From the human T2T-CHM13v2.0 reference genome, Homo sapiens: 64,000 nucleotides of DNA. Shown one piece after another: positions 33,136 to 47,228 of this stretch (position 1 is its first letter; each line of letters opens with the position of its first letter). The notes beneath the pieces were generated by a model. It made no database searches, had not been told where the DNA came from, and saw only the letters and a list, made by a program, of their open reading frames with translations. The position numbers were made by a program, and so were the translations under genes. The DNA lies in NCBI RefSeq assembly GCF_009914755.1, contig NC_060926.1; one strand, given 5' to 3'.

Positions 33136-34876
33136 GCATGAGATGAGAATATAATTATGTACTGATGTCAATTCTTCATTATACTAGGAAAATACTTAAA
33201 GCCCAAATTTTGATCACGAATGAACATCCTCATCTTCGTAAATGTAGTGCAGTCTAATTCCACAGCTAATTTCCTAATTGCTGGAATAAAGAATCAAGGA
33301 AGAATCACAAGATAACATATATGTTTTTCTCACCATTATTTTGGCTCTAGATGTGGTTAGAGAGTTCTAGGGTTCTTAGATGGTCCAGCCAAGGAGGAAT
33401 CAGGCTAAACATGCAGTGGTTTGGAGACAACCCATGCCAGTGTTAAATATTTGGGCAAGATTCACAGACAGGGCAGGTCCCAACAGGGCATATAATATTA
33501 GAGAGAATGACAGAACAATGGGGGAAAAGGGCCATGTTACTGCAGAGATGAAAGAGTAAAAAGAGAAAAAATAGTGAATACTAAAGAATTTTCATTATTT
33601 ATGAGGTAAGAAGTTTTAATTGTCCTCCTAATAGTCTGAATATTTTATATTTCTCTCTCAAAGCAAAATTCTTTGTTGATGCAGTCTGCATTTCGCTAGT
33701 CTGGAGACATTCATAGATGTACTTTAAACATGAAGGCCTAGGAGGAACAAATGCTTCCCTGTTCCTGCTACATCAGAATGGAAACTGCAGTGATGACAGC
33801 AATGGTGGGGACACCTTCTGTTGCCATAGCCACTTTGGTAGCTAAGTGTCTGATTTCAGTGGATAGTAATAATTTTTAAGGATAAATTTGCCTTGCTGTC
33901 ATTTAAGGAATAAATATACTGACAGAATAAAACATACTTCTAAAAACACACACTGTAAAATAACTGGGTTCTTAAATCCATGATGTGGGCTCCTTACCTG
34001 AAAGCCCTATTGACACCACTGCCAGCCGTTCAATTGTTACTAAAGGGCGCTCACTAGAACAGGTACTGGTGCCTGACTAGTTGTTTCTGGCAAACAGGAA
34101 GAGCAACTATACCATTACGCTGAATCTTCTAAGCTAACTTCCTTTACATCTATGGTCCTCCGGGGAGCAATCATTAAGGGCTGGGAGTGAACACAAAATA
34201 GCTGCTGGAGGGACTGTTTTATCCAACTCAAAGAAAGCTCTCTCTCACCTTTAGGCACCAGAACAGACTTTCACCGCATATAGAAAGAGAATCAGCACAG
34301 TATGTCTCTTTACAGATGTGAGAAGGTATCAAAAGACCAAATAATTTGGTTGTGAGGAGGCAGGAAAAGTGTCTCCAAATTCACATGCATGTACCTATTT
34401 TCCTTAACACCTGAGGTAAAACCATCCCCCTGTTATCACAGGGAAGCTGTATTTAAAAGCGGTCTCTCCAAGTCACAAGACTGGGTTTCGCAGGTCTGAG
34501 ATCCTTCTCTGGGGGCCTGCGGGCAGACCCCTGGTAACTGGGGGCAGCAGTGGTCAGTACATCAAAAGCAGGGATAGCCACAAGAGAAGCCTCTAAGGAG
34601 TTACACAGCTGATCATCTCACAAAGCAAGGGGAGTTTCAGCTGAGTAACAGCCCTTCGTACACGACAGGGGAGGCATGCTACACAATTGCATGATGTGCA
34701 CATTCAAACTTAAACCTGGTTTCCCACACACAACACTTAGAAATAATCATATAATGTGATTTACAATTTGCTATTCCTTCTTCACCAAAATGAGCAAGGG
34801 GAAAGAGGAGGGAGAACCACAGGAATCCCCCAGAAGGAACCGAAAGTATGTTAATTATCTTATTAAATATACTTAC

Positions 34877-34917
34877 CTTTTCTGCTGATATGAACTGAGT
34901 CCAAGTGTTGTCTCGGT
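34877..34917 (-). CDS. TMEM131: TMEM131 coding exon (exon 3), 41 nt, TETTLGLSSYQQK(S)
   Basis: Minus strand: ttttattccttttacag|ACCGAGACA...CAGAAAAG|gtaagt; phase 0 to phase 2, compatible with both neighbouring exons. Confidence 0.96.
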
Positions 34918-35349
34918 CTGTAAAAGGAATAAAATAATGATTAAAAAACTGAAGCCAAATATTTATATTACAGACATATGGAATATCCAAAATATTCTAT
35001 TTTAGTTTCAACATTCATTTTATACCCATTTGGATTTTAAGGTTAAACCTGGTCTCCAAATCACATACAATGACTAGATCAAATTGTAAACACACATGAA
35101 GTAACAGAAAGTAATGCGATGGATTTTTAAAAGTGTGCCAAACCGACACATCCTGAGAACAGCCCCTTTGACAATCACTTTGTGAGGCTGCTGTGCCTCG
35201 GACTGTTCCCTGCTCACTAACTGCTTGCCAGGTGCTGGTGGTAATGATTCCCACTGTCATGGAACTCAAGGTACAGTGGGTGGTGTGTGTGAGGGAGATA
35301 GTCATTTAAAAATACATATTTATATACTGAAATAGGATTATCAAAATAT

Positions 35350-35690
35350 TGAAAAGGTGCTGTGAACAGGAATAAATAGTTGCCATACTTAAACACATCA
35401 TGAAGGAAGGCCTGTCTGAAGAGACAATATTTACATAAAAACCTGAAGGATTAAAAAAAGCAGTGTGGCAGTGGGATGGATGGTGGTAGAGAAAACAGCA
35501 CATGTGAAGGCCCTCATAGAGAGCAGAGGTTGGTATGTTCAAGAAACAGATGGCAGGTCTCTCTGCTGGAGCTGGGAGAGAAGGAGAAAATGAGACTGGA
35601 GGGCTAAGCAGAGGCCAGATAATGCTCTGCCTTGTAAGGAAGTCATGGGAAGAAGTTTGGTCTACTTTAGGTTTTAAAGATAAGGAAGAT
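35350..35690 (-). mobile_element. L2 remnant
   Basis: GGAAGGCCTGTCTGAAGAG…CAGCACATGTGAAGGCCCT…GGCCAGATAATG. Confidence 0.7.
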
Positions 35691-36171
35691 GAGAAAAAGT
35701 AGGAAGTTGGAGGCAACAGCTGTAGTTCAGGTGATGAAGAAATGGAAGTTCTTATTGATGTACGAGAAAATGCCAATGCTATAAGGAATACCATCAGTGA
35801 ACTTATCCCAAAAGGTTATCTGCTACATCAAAATGAGAAAAAACAGCATTATTTTTTCCCAATAATATATATTATTTTGAAATAGTATTTTGGAGACTGT
35901 TTATGCAGAAAATGTGGCAGATGTAGAAAACTGTCCTAATTTTTTCAAGATGCGTACTAGGTAAAGTGTAAGGGTGTCCTTAATTTTCTTTGAGATGTCT
36001 TGGCAAAATAATTTGTGTGTGTGGGGAGGTGTATGGATAAAGCAAACACAGCAAAATGGTAATAACCGTTGAGTCTGGGTGGTAAATGAGTTGGTATTGG
36101 TTGAGCTCTTCTATTTTCTGTAAAGAAAAATTTCTTTAACTTTTTATTATGAAAATTACATCTATTCCCCA

Positions 36172-36803
36172 TGCAGTGGGAGAAAATATTTATAAATCAA
36201 ATATCTGATGAGATTAATATCTAGAATATATCAAGAACTCCTGCAACTCAATAACAGAAGAACAACCAAACTAAAAGGTGGGCAAAGGACTCAAACATTT
36301 CTCCAAAGAAAATACACAAATGGCCAGTAGGCACTTTAAAAGATGCTCAACATCACTAACCATTAGGGAAATGCAAATCAAAACCACAATGATACCACTT
36401 CATACCTGTTTGGATGACTACTATTTAAAATTTTAAAAAGAAAATAAGGATCTTTGGCAAGGATGTGGTGAAACTGGAACCTTTGTGCACTGTTAGTGTG
36501 AATATTAAAATGGTGTAGCCACTATGGAAAACAGTATTGTGGTTCCCAAAAAAATTAAACATAGAATTACCATACGACCCGCAATCCCACTTCTGTGTAT
36601 ATACCCTAAAGAACTGAAAACAGGGGCTCAAAAAGATACTGCATGAACCCACATTCACAGCAGTATTATTCACAACCATTAAGGGGTAGAAGCAACCCAA
36701 ATGCCCATTGACAGGTGAACAGATAAACAAAATGTGATTTATACATACAAGGGAATACGATCCAGTCTTAAAGAGGAAGAAAATTCTGACACATGCCACA
36801 ACA
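36172..36803 (+). mobile_element. L1MB-like 3' fragment, cut off at the L1PA patch
   Basis: ORF2 C-terminal/3'UTR motifs ending AAATTCTGACACATGCCACAACA. Confidence 0.8.
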
Positions 36804-37083
36804 ATGTAAAAGCGTTCCTATTTCTCCACATCCTCCCCAGCATCTGTCGTTTCCTGACTTTTTAATGATTGCCATTCTAACCGGTGTGAGATGGTATCTC
36901 ATTGTGGTTTTGATTTGCATTTCTCTAATGACCAGTGATGATGAGTTTTTTTTTCTTATGTTTGTTGGCTGCATAAATGTCATTATTTCTGAGGCCTTTG
37001 TTCTGTTCCATTGGTCTACATACCTGTTTTGGTACCAGTACCATGTTGTTTTGGTTACTATAGCCTTGTAGTATAGTTTGAAG
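36799..37083 (-). mobile_element. L1PA internal fragment, two non-contiguous pieces, no tail
   Basis: 36799-36981 matches 19725-19906; 36983-37083 matches 20421-20521. Confidence 0.9.
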
Positions 37084-37084
37084 C

Positions 37085-37680
37085 CAATTTCTTACAAAGT
37101 TAAACATACACCTACCATATGACCAAATCACTCCACTCCTAGATATATGCCCAAGAGAAACAAAAGCATTTGTCCGTACAATGAATGGCTTGTACATAAA
37201 TGTTCGTAGCAGCTTTGTTACAGCTCAGTATTGGAACAGCCCAAATTTCCACCAGCCCAAACTTCCACGTATCCAGGTGAACAGACACATGAGTTGTGTT
37301 ATATCCGTACAATGGAATACGACTCAGCAATAAAAAGAATAAGCTATTGATATACAAAACAACACAGATTAATCTCAAAATAATTATGCTGAGTGGAACA
37401 ACCCAGACCCTCAAAAAAGTACATTCTGTATGACTCCATTTATATAAAGTGTTTTAAAATGTAAACTTCCTGACAGTGACAGAAAGCAGACTGGTGGTTG
37501 CCTAAAGATAAGGAGCGTAAAGGGATTACCAAGGGGCACAAGTAGACTTTTAAGGGTGACACGTATGTCCATTATCTTGATTGTAGTAATAATTTCACAG
37601 GTACATAATTATGCCAACTTTTTAAATTACATAATTTAAACACATGCAGTTTATTGTATGTCATTTATACATCAATAATG
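37085..37680 (+). mobile_element. Old L1M 3' end
   Basis: AAAGTTAAACATACACCTACCATATGACC…TTTATTGTATGTCATTTATACATCAATAA. Confidence 0.8.
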
Positions 37681-39203
37681 GTTATGACAGAATTCTAGAG
37701 CATGAGAAGCTATGGTCTCACATGAAGTCTACAGAAAAGGAACTCAGGACGTGTATCACTCATGTGCACTTTCTTGAGGAGAAAAAAATTATCATGAAGA
37801 CAGAATCTGACCACTGAAATTACTCATACGAAGACTCACAAATGAGGAAGCTGTCTTGTGAAAGATAAGCAGATACTCAATGCAAAGGATCTGTGGAAAT
37901 AAAGTTAGAAAATCAGAAAATAAATATTGTTTTTGAAGTATATGCCACAAAACAGAAAAATAATCATTTAACTGTAATAAACAAGAATAAAAATCTCAGA
38001 ACATGCCAACACATCCTTAAGTGTTATGAGAATAAGGAAGATCACAATAGACACTATTTTGTTTCTGAAGCAATTTGAGAAATAAAGGCATAAACATATC
38101 TTAAAAGTATATCTGAAAATTGAGCCCCATTATCAAGAGATTAAAAACAAAACAAAAGCCAATATGAATGCATAAAAAGCAGATGGAAAAGATTAAACAC
38201 ATCTACAGTGAGACTAAATAAGATAAACTCAACTGTTTATATAAAGACAAAAGGATTGCATCAAACAACTGGAACCTAACTATAACAATTTAATACAAAA
38301 TGCAGAAATGTCAAAGGTCAGAGAATGGGCAAAAATAAACACTGAATAAGGATAAAAACAGGCAAATAAGGATTACAACATTAATAACTTTACAATGTAA
38401 AGATACATAAAAACTGTTATAATTCGACAGTGAAAAGGAAAAAAGGAAATGGGAAAACCAATGTTGTGACTGAAATGTAAGCAAAGGGCAAGAAGACAAT
38501 TCACTAAAGAAAAATAAATGGCCAATAACCATATGAAAAAGATGATCAACCTCAGTAGACAGTAAAGCAATCTCTAGAGGACAGGGAAATTCCATAGTTT
38601 GCCATTTGACTGGCAGGGACCTTTGAACCTCATGAATTCACATCCAGAGATAAGGGTCTATTAAGAGTACTCAGAGCCCTAGAAAATGCCCATGCCATGC
38701 ATTTTTTTAATCTTCTATCAAATATAAGACACTCCTACAATGTTTCAAAGGCAATTTCACTGAATCACAGAAACTTTAGTGATTCTTAACTCACTGCAAA
38801 TTCTCTTCACCACATCTCTTTAGAACAGACAAGATATAACAGGGGTGTTCTTTCACCTCAGGTGTTAAGGAAAATATGTATATGCATGTGAGTTTGGAGA
38901 CACCTTTCCTACCTCCCCATCCCCAAATTCTTTGGTCTTTCGGTACCTTCCCACCCATGCTTCTGTCATACTTAAGGACTTCAGCTTCAACCTCGCTCCT
39001 CACTAGGGTGCAGATTCCAAATAATCTGAGCACAGCTTCTCTCAGAATGCACTCCCAACTCCAAAAGGGGATATGCGGGAGGAAAATGGACTCTTCTTCC
39101 AATCAAATAGACCAGCCTCGGCAAAAATATATGTGATATGCTTTAAAATATTATTAAATTCTTTTATAAAACGAACACATCTGATAATTTTATCCCTGTA
39201 ACT

Positions 39204-39492
39204 CAGTGGTTCTCAACCGAGGGCAATTTTGTTTCCCTGGGGGAATTTGGCAACGTCCAGAAGCATTTCTCTGTGTGCGGGTTTTTATTAACACCAAAAA
39301 ACATGCTGGACAAATTCTAAAAGAGTTAAAAAACTAAGAGGCATTTTTGTTTGTCGCAAATCAGGGGGCCACTAACATTAAGTGTGTAGAGTCCGGCCTG
39401 CTGCTAAACACCCGGTAATGCACAGGACGCTCTTTCTTCTACCCTACAACCAATTATCTGGTCCAAAACGTACACAGGCCAAGACTGAACAT
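39204..39492. mobile_element. MER20-like hAT element, split by the U7 retrocopy
   Basis: CAGTGGTTCTCAACCGAGGGCAATTTTG…TGCTGCTAAACACC…AATGCACAGGAC…AATTATCTGGTCCAAAA. Confidence 0.8.
39277..39336 (-). pseudogene. U7 snRNA retropseudogene
   Basis: Minus strand CTCTTTTAGAATTTGTCCAG matches the U7 core (CTCTTTTAGAATTTGTCTAG, U7-type Sm site); TSD AGAAGCATTT (39259-39268) / AGAGGCATTT (39337-39346). Possibly the annotated RNU7-96P (recollection, unverified). Confidence 0.88.
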
Positions 39493-39619
39493 CGTACTAC
39501 AACCTCAATTTTATAGAGATATCAATAATTTAGATGTTCATTTGTAATAACATCTCCTTGCCTTTTAATTCAAAGTGCGTTACTGTCTTAACTGTGTTTG
39601 TATTTCCAGTGGTCCTTGC

Positions 39620-39750
39620 AGTTCTTAACACACTGGAGATAAATACAGAATTCATTTTACAGATAAAGAAACTAAGCCTCTAAATGTTCTAAATTAGCAA
39701 ATGGTAAGAGTTAGAATTCAAATCCTTCGATCTGGTCTAGTACTGCATTC
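39620..39750. mobile_element. MIR remnant
   Basis: CATTTTACAGATAAAGAAACTAAGCCTC core. Confidence 0.6.
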
Positions 39751-40424
39751 ATACAATAACCTATCCTTGACAGAACTGCATATGCCTAAAACCAACTTTT
39801 AGCTTACATGAGCTGAAGTTGGCTATATTATTGCTAACAAATTTTAAGATGGCCATACTTTTATACTGCATTATTGTTAAACAGAAGATTTAATCTTGTT
39901 AGAAAAATAAAATGAAATTCACTTCAGAATGAGGTACGTGGCAGTTGTGCACACGGCATGGATGCTTAGAAATAAGACAAGGTCTGCACACCCTAGAATT
40001 TAAGCTTCTTGATGGTACAGGCAGCACATGCACACAAACCCGTGGTACCAGGAAGCCACACCAGGCGCCATTTGAGTATTACTTACATACTGGGCAGCTT
40101 TCCCCAGGGATATACCTGGGAGCCAGTTTCCTTGCAGGCGATGAGACTATGCTTCTCTGTCACCTTTAGAGACAAAATTACATACTTCCTCCAGGACTGG
40201 GTTGGGGGAAGGTAGAGGATGAGGTCTGCTTTTGATTATGAAGATCTCAACATGTAATCCTACTTCTTATCAACCCAATCTCCCCCACAAAGTTCTCTGC
40301 AAATCATCTCATAGTGAAAATGGATGACATCTGTGAGGGAGTTTTAAGAATTTTTAACTCACAAAAGGGGTCTTTCCTGACTTTCTAATTGTTTTGCTTC
40401 CTGTGCTTCTCTGTGTGTATGTAT

Positions 40425-42062
40425 TTTTAACATGAATTTTCACTGAGATAACTGTAGATTCACATGCAGTTGCAAGAAATAGTAAAAAGAGCTATATTTT
40501 AACTCAGTTTCCCCACTGTATCATTCTGCAAACACTATGGCATAACATCACAAGCAGCACAGCGACACTGGTACGATCCACCTGCCTTGTTCAGAAGGTC
40601 TCAGTTTTGTATGTCCTCATTTGTGTTTGTTCATGTATTTAGTTCTACACAATTTTCTCTGCTGTGTAGGTTCATGAACACCAGTCAAGACACAGAACAG
40701 TGTCAGCACCCTGAGAATCCAGTGTGTCGCTTTTATAATCACACTCATCTTCCTCCTGCCCTTCCCCCCAAGCCCTGGCAACCATTCCTCTATTATTCAT
40801 GACTAAAATTTTTTCATTTTAAAAAGGTCATATAAATGAAATCATGCACATGTAACCTTTTGGAGTTGGCTTTTTTCACTCAGCCTAATTCTCTGGAGAC
40901 TTACCCAGGTTGTTGTGTGTGCCAACACTTTATTCCTTTTTATTGCTGAGTTGTATTCCATGGTATGAACGTATCACTGTTTAACAGTACATCTACTGAA
41001 ATACATCTGGGTTGTTTCCAGTTTGGGGCTATTATAAACAGAGCTGCTATGAACATTTATATACATGTTTTAATGCAAATATAAATTTTCATTTCTTTGG
41101 GAGAATCCCCAAGAGAGCAATTAGTAGGTCAATTATAGTAACCACATGTTTAGATTTATACGAAACTGCCAAACTGTTTTTTCCAGAGTAGCTGTATCAC
41201 TCACATACCCTCTAGTAATGCATGCGTGATCCAGTTTCTCCACATCCTTGCCAGTATTTGGTGTTGTCACTGTTTTGTGTTTTGGGTTTTAATTTGCATT
41301 GCCTGGTGGCTAACAATGTTGAACAGGTTTTCATGTCGTTTTTACCATCTGTATTTCCCCTTCAGGGAAATGTGTGCTCATCTCTTTTCCCTGTTTCCTT
41401 TATTTTTATACTATTGAGTTTCGAGAGTTCTTTCTATATTCCAGAAACTAGGTCCATTGTCAGGTGTGTGACTTGCAAATATTTTCTCCTAGTCTATATT
41501 TATCTTTACATCTTCACATGGTCTTTTGCAGAGAAAGGTTTTGTTTGTTTGTTTTTGTGAGACCAGTCTGGCTCTGTTGCCCAGGCTGGAGTGCAGCAGT
41601 GTGATCATGGCTCACTGCAGGCTTGATGTCCCAGGCTCAAAAGATTCTCTGCTTCTGACTCCTGAGTAGCTGGGACTACAGGTGCACACCACCACACCTG
41701 GACAATTTTTTATTTATTTTATTTACTTACTTTTTATTTTACTAGAGACAAGGTCTCACTATGTTGCCTAAGCTGGTCTTAATTAAACTCCTGGGCTCAA
41801 TGGCTCCTCTTCCCTTGGCCTCCCAAAGTGCTAGAATTACAGGCATGAGGTACTGCGTCTGGCCCAGAGCAAGTTTTAAATTCATCGATCTTTCCTTTAT
41901 ACATTGCACATCTGGTATTAATTCTTTGGTGTCAAGAACTCTTTGCCTAGCCCTGTAAGCTGAAGCTTTCCTCTTAGTTTTATTCTCCCTAAAGGTTTTA
42001 TTATAGTTTTACATTAAGTCCATGATCCATTTTGAGTTAGTTTTTGTTTAAGGTGTGAGATC
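40425..42062 (-). mobile_element. Old L1M (MC/MB-like) 3' region
   Basis: Antisense 3'UTR and ORF2 C-terminal motifs (CCAGTTTCTCCACATCCTTGCCAG; TGATCCATTTTGAGTTAGTTTTTG). Confidence 0.82.
41539..41865 (-). mobile_element. AluJ-like
   Basis: Diverged dimer; TSD CAGAGAAAGGTTTT / CAGAGCAAGTTTT. Confidence 0.9.
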
Positions 42063-42127
42063 TTTCTATATTCAGACTTTGCATACCATTTTAGTATTCT
42101 GTGGTATTCTTTATTCCTAGTTTTTAA

Positions 42128-42433
<306 letters not shown>

Positions 42434-42929
42434 CTTAAGGCTGTTTCTGAACCCGCTATTTATTCTTCTTTTGTACCACTTATTGTACTACAATAGAGGG
42501 CAGGAAATAGTAGTAAAGGGAGAATCAAAATGAGGATGAAGTGGGGAGCAGGTATTTCTGAGAAGACTCAAAATTTAAAGTAGAAAATAAAAACCTGTGT
42601 GCAAACACCAGCTCTGCCCTCACTAGCCAAATACCCTTGGGGAAAGTCTGTAAAAGCAGCATTCTGCCAACTACAAGGAGCTGCAGAGCTGTTGGCCTCT
42701 GATGACGGCTTTCTAGTGTCCCACCCACTTCTCTCTTCAGCCACAGGTAATCAACTTGACATGACATGAAGTGGCTGTTTTGAGTACAAAATTAGTTGTA
42801 ATATTGTAAAACTGATAATGTAGAGTGAGAAAATCTAGCTTTGTTTGCAGAGAGAAAAATAACTGAAAAAACAAAAAGCACTACCTTGTAGTACATTTAG
42901 GCAGTGGGATACAAGGGTAATGACCCCTG

Positions 42930-43150
42930 TTATTGCAGAGCGGTTAAAAACTTAGGCCTCAGAGTCAAATGCTTGGTTTTCAATTCTAGCTTTATCACTT
43001 AATAATCATTTATTTGGTTAGGTTAAACTCCCTGCACTTTAATATGCTCACCTGTAAAATGATCATAAAATGAATACCATCTCATGTATTTAAGAATTTA
43101 GAAGAGTACCTGACTTGTCAACACCCAATAAATATGACTTATATTTATTA
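42930..43150. mobile_element. MIR remnant
   Basis: GCGGTTAAAAAC…AGAGTCAAATGCTTGGTTTT…CTCACCTGTAAAATG. Confidence 0.65.
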
Positions 43151-43329
43151 TTTTTTCACATTTTTCAAATTTTCTACAAGCTTATATTTCTTTTATAATA
43201 GAAGTCCTTTAATTTAAAACAAAAGATGAGTACTTCTAGGCCTCCTTACAAGTCAAAATCACAGCTCCTTCTCCATTTCCTTTTCTCCTGGGAGAACATT
43301 AAAGCCCATTTCCAAGACAATTTAGAAAA

Positions 43330-43540
43330 GAAGTTGGTAATCTATTAGCCCATGAGCCAAATCCAGTCTTCTGCCAGCTTTTGCAAATAAAGTTTTATGC
43401 CCATTTCTCACATACTGTTACGGCAGCTTTCACACTACGATGACCAAAGTTGAATAGTTGTGATAGAGACCATTCGGGACACAAACCCTGAAGTAGTTAA
43501 TATCTGGTCCTTTACCGAAAAAGTTTGCCAACATCTGGCT
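43330..43540. mobile_element. MER58A-like hAT element
   Basis: GAGCCAAATCCAG…AAATAAAGTTTTA…TCTGGTCCTTTACCGAAAAAGTTTGCCAAC. Confidence 0.8.
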
Positions 43541-43714
43541 TAGATCAACAGAAATAATGCCACAATATCTTATTTCCAGAATCATTAAGTCCCTACATAA
43601 GAAAATCTGTGACCTAAAAATCTAAGGCAATCTGGCATAGCATGTCCTCAAGAAAAATACAGACAATGTACAGTCCCACTAGTGAACTGCAGTACAATTC
43701 TGATGCTAACCATC

Positions 43715-44003
43715 TGCATTAGTCTGTTCTCACACTGCTAATAAAGACATACCCAAGACTGGGTAATTAATTCATAAAGAAAAGAGGTTTAACTGACTCA
43801 CAGTTCTGCAGGGCTTGGGACGCCTCAGAAAACTAACAATCATGGCGGAAGGGGAAGCAAACATATTCTTCTTCACATGGCAGCAGCAAGAAGTGCTGAG
43901 CAAAGGGGGAAAAGCCCCTTATAAAACCACCAGATCTCATGAGAACTCACAATCACAAGAACAGCATGGGAGTAACCGCCGCCATGATTCAATTACCTCC
44001 CAG
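43715..44003 (-). mobile_element. THE1/MST-type MaLR LTR, truncated
   Basis: TGCATTAGTCTGTTCTCACACTGCTAATAAAGACATACCCAAGACTGGG…CATGATTCAATTACCTCCC. Confidence 0.9.
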
Positions 44004-44150
44004 CAGGTTCTAGCAAGCTTCAGTATCCAGTTTCATCAGGTAGGTAAGGTATGGCTGATTCAATCACTGACCACCATGTGACCCAACTCACATTTCGGCT
44101 TCCCTAGAGGAGGGTGGGTTGGCTCAAAGCCCAACCCTCTAATCACATGA

Positions 44151-44498
<348 letters not shown>

Positions 44499-45016
44499 TG
44501 AGTATTCTCATTAGGTATAAACTCAGATGTGATCCAAGGGACTCATGAATAACAAAGACACTCTTATTATTAAGAAAATTCCAAGATTTAGAGCATCTTC
44601 AGGACCAGAGACAAAGACCAGATTACTGCACAACTAGCTATAAAATCTTCTTGCCAAGAAAAACAAATGAATTTAAACCTAATCAAGACTCTAGATTTAG
44701 CTAACAGTTTACAGAAAATTCACACCATAAGTGAATGTTAAATGACACCAAGAGGATGAAAATAACCAAACTGAGAATGTAGGAAATCCCACAGACAAAT
44801 GAGCCAATTTCATTAACAACAACAACAACAAAAACAACAACAAAAAGGCGGGTGGGGGAAATAGCATAAAGGAGACTTAGGAGACATAGCAACCAAATGC
44901 AATGTGTAGACCTTGTCTCGATCCTGTTTTGGACAAACCAAATGCAAAAAGGCATTTCTGAAGCAGTGGAAGAAAACTGAACACAGACCAACCAAGTCTG
45001 ATATGATATATCAAGC

Positions 45017-45400
45017 ATTCTGGTTATCTACTGCTGCATAATAAAGCAGTCTAAGGTTTAGCGGCTTAAAACAATTTATTCTCACTTAAAGTCTCTTTTG
45101 TATTGCAGTTACATGTGATTTCAGGCAGCATTTGTCTGAAAGTTCAAATGTGTTGGTTGTCTAAGATGGCTCATTCACGTGATGGGAAAGTGATGCTGGC
45201 TGTCAGCTGGGAGCTCAGCTGGGACTGCTGACCAGAAGACTACATGTGGCCTTTCCATGTGGCTTAAGTTTCTCACATCACGGTGATTCACTTCCCAAAA
45301 GAAACGTTCCAAAACTGACAGACCCAGGTAGAAGTTGTCAAGCTTCATAAGATTTAGCCTTAGTGGTACCAAAATGTTCTGCCACAATGCATTAGTCAAA
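45017..45400 (-). mobile_element. MaLR LTR (MLT1-like, old)
   Basis: GTTATCTACTGCTGCATAATAAAG…GCTGGCTGTCAGCTGGGAGCTCAGCTGGG. Confidence 0.7.
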
Positions 45401-45762
45401 ACATTATTATTATTGTTCTACAAAGTATACATTCATTTAGTTATCCACACACTTAAACATTTTTAATGTTCTTTATTCCTTTGCGTTTCTGAGCTTCTAA
45501 AATCATTTACCTTCAGCCTAAAGACTGTATTATTTCCTTTGGCACAAATTTTCTGGTGACAAATTCTCTCCATTCTTATCTATTTTAAAATGTCGATTTC
45601 ACTTTCATTTGTAAAGGATATTTTCATTGGGTATAGAATTCTAGTTTGGCAAATTTTTTCAGTAAATTTTATTATATATTATTTTTGCCTCTCATTGTTT
45701 CAGTCTATAAGTCAGCTGTCAGGCTAATTCTACCTTCTTTGAAGGTCTCTCTTTTTCTCTAG

Positions 45763-46496
<734 letters not shown>

Positions 46497-47187
46497 GTGA
46501 TAAAGGCTATCTTGGGTGGGGGTGGCAAAGGGGGCAGTGAAGAAAAAATCGTATCTAACCGTGAAATATTGAATGTTGTATTTCTGAGATGAGGAAAGTG
46601 TCAAAGAGGACTACTAAATAGCACTGTATTAACATCATACTGGCTGTAGCTAGTAAAGTTAAGGTAAGAAAAAGAAAAGGTAGAATGTGTGACAGTTGAT
46701 TTTGAGTGCCAAACTGAAGAAATGTCATCAAGCTCAGATGATAGTTTATGGAGGTTGTTCAAAAGCATCTACAGCTAAGTTATTAGAATCAATAAGTAAT
46801 TTAGCAAGTTTTCAGGATACACAGCAAATATATTAAAAGCAACCACATTTCTACATTTTATGTTGAGTCGTATGAAATTGCCACTTTTATAGATCAATAA
46901 AGGCCGGGCATCAGCAATATGCTTCAACCTAATAATGACAAAAAGCGAACATTTTGAAAAAATGTCACTTACAGTAGTATTAAAAAATACCAAAGCCCCA
47001 GAAATAAATCTATCGAAAGATGTTCAAGATCTTTATGCAGAATATAAAATTATGAGATAAAGAAGACCTAAATAAGTTGAAAAATATACTGTCTCAGACT
47101 GTCAGACTGAATACTGAAAATTCTGAAAGATTTTTAATTCTTGCCAAATTGATCTTCAGATTCTGAGTGACGCTAATAAAAAATCCC

Positions 47188-47189
<2 letters not shown>

Positions 47190-47225
<36 letters not shown>
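47190..47225. repeat. (GT)n microsatellite, about 18 units
   Basis: Direct inspection. Confidence 0.97.
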
Positions 47226-47228
<3 letters not shown>

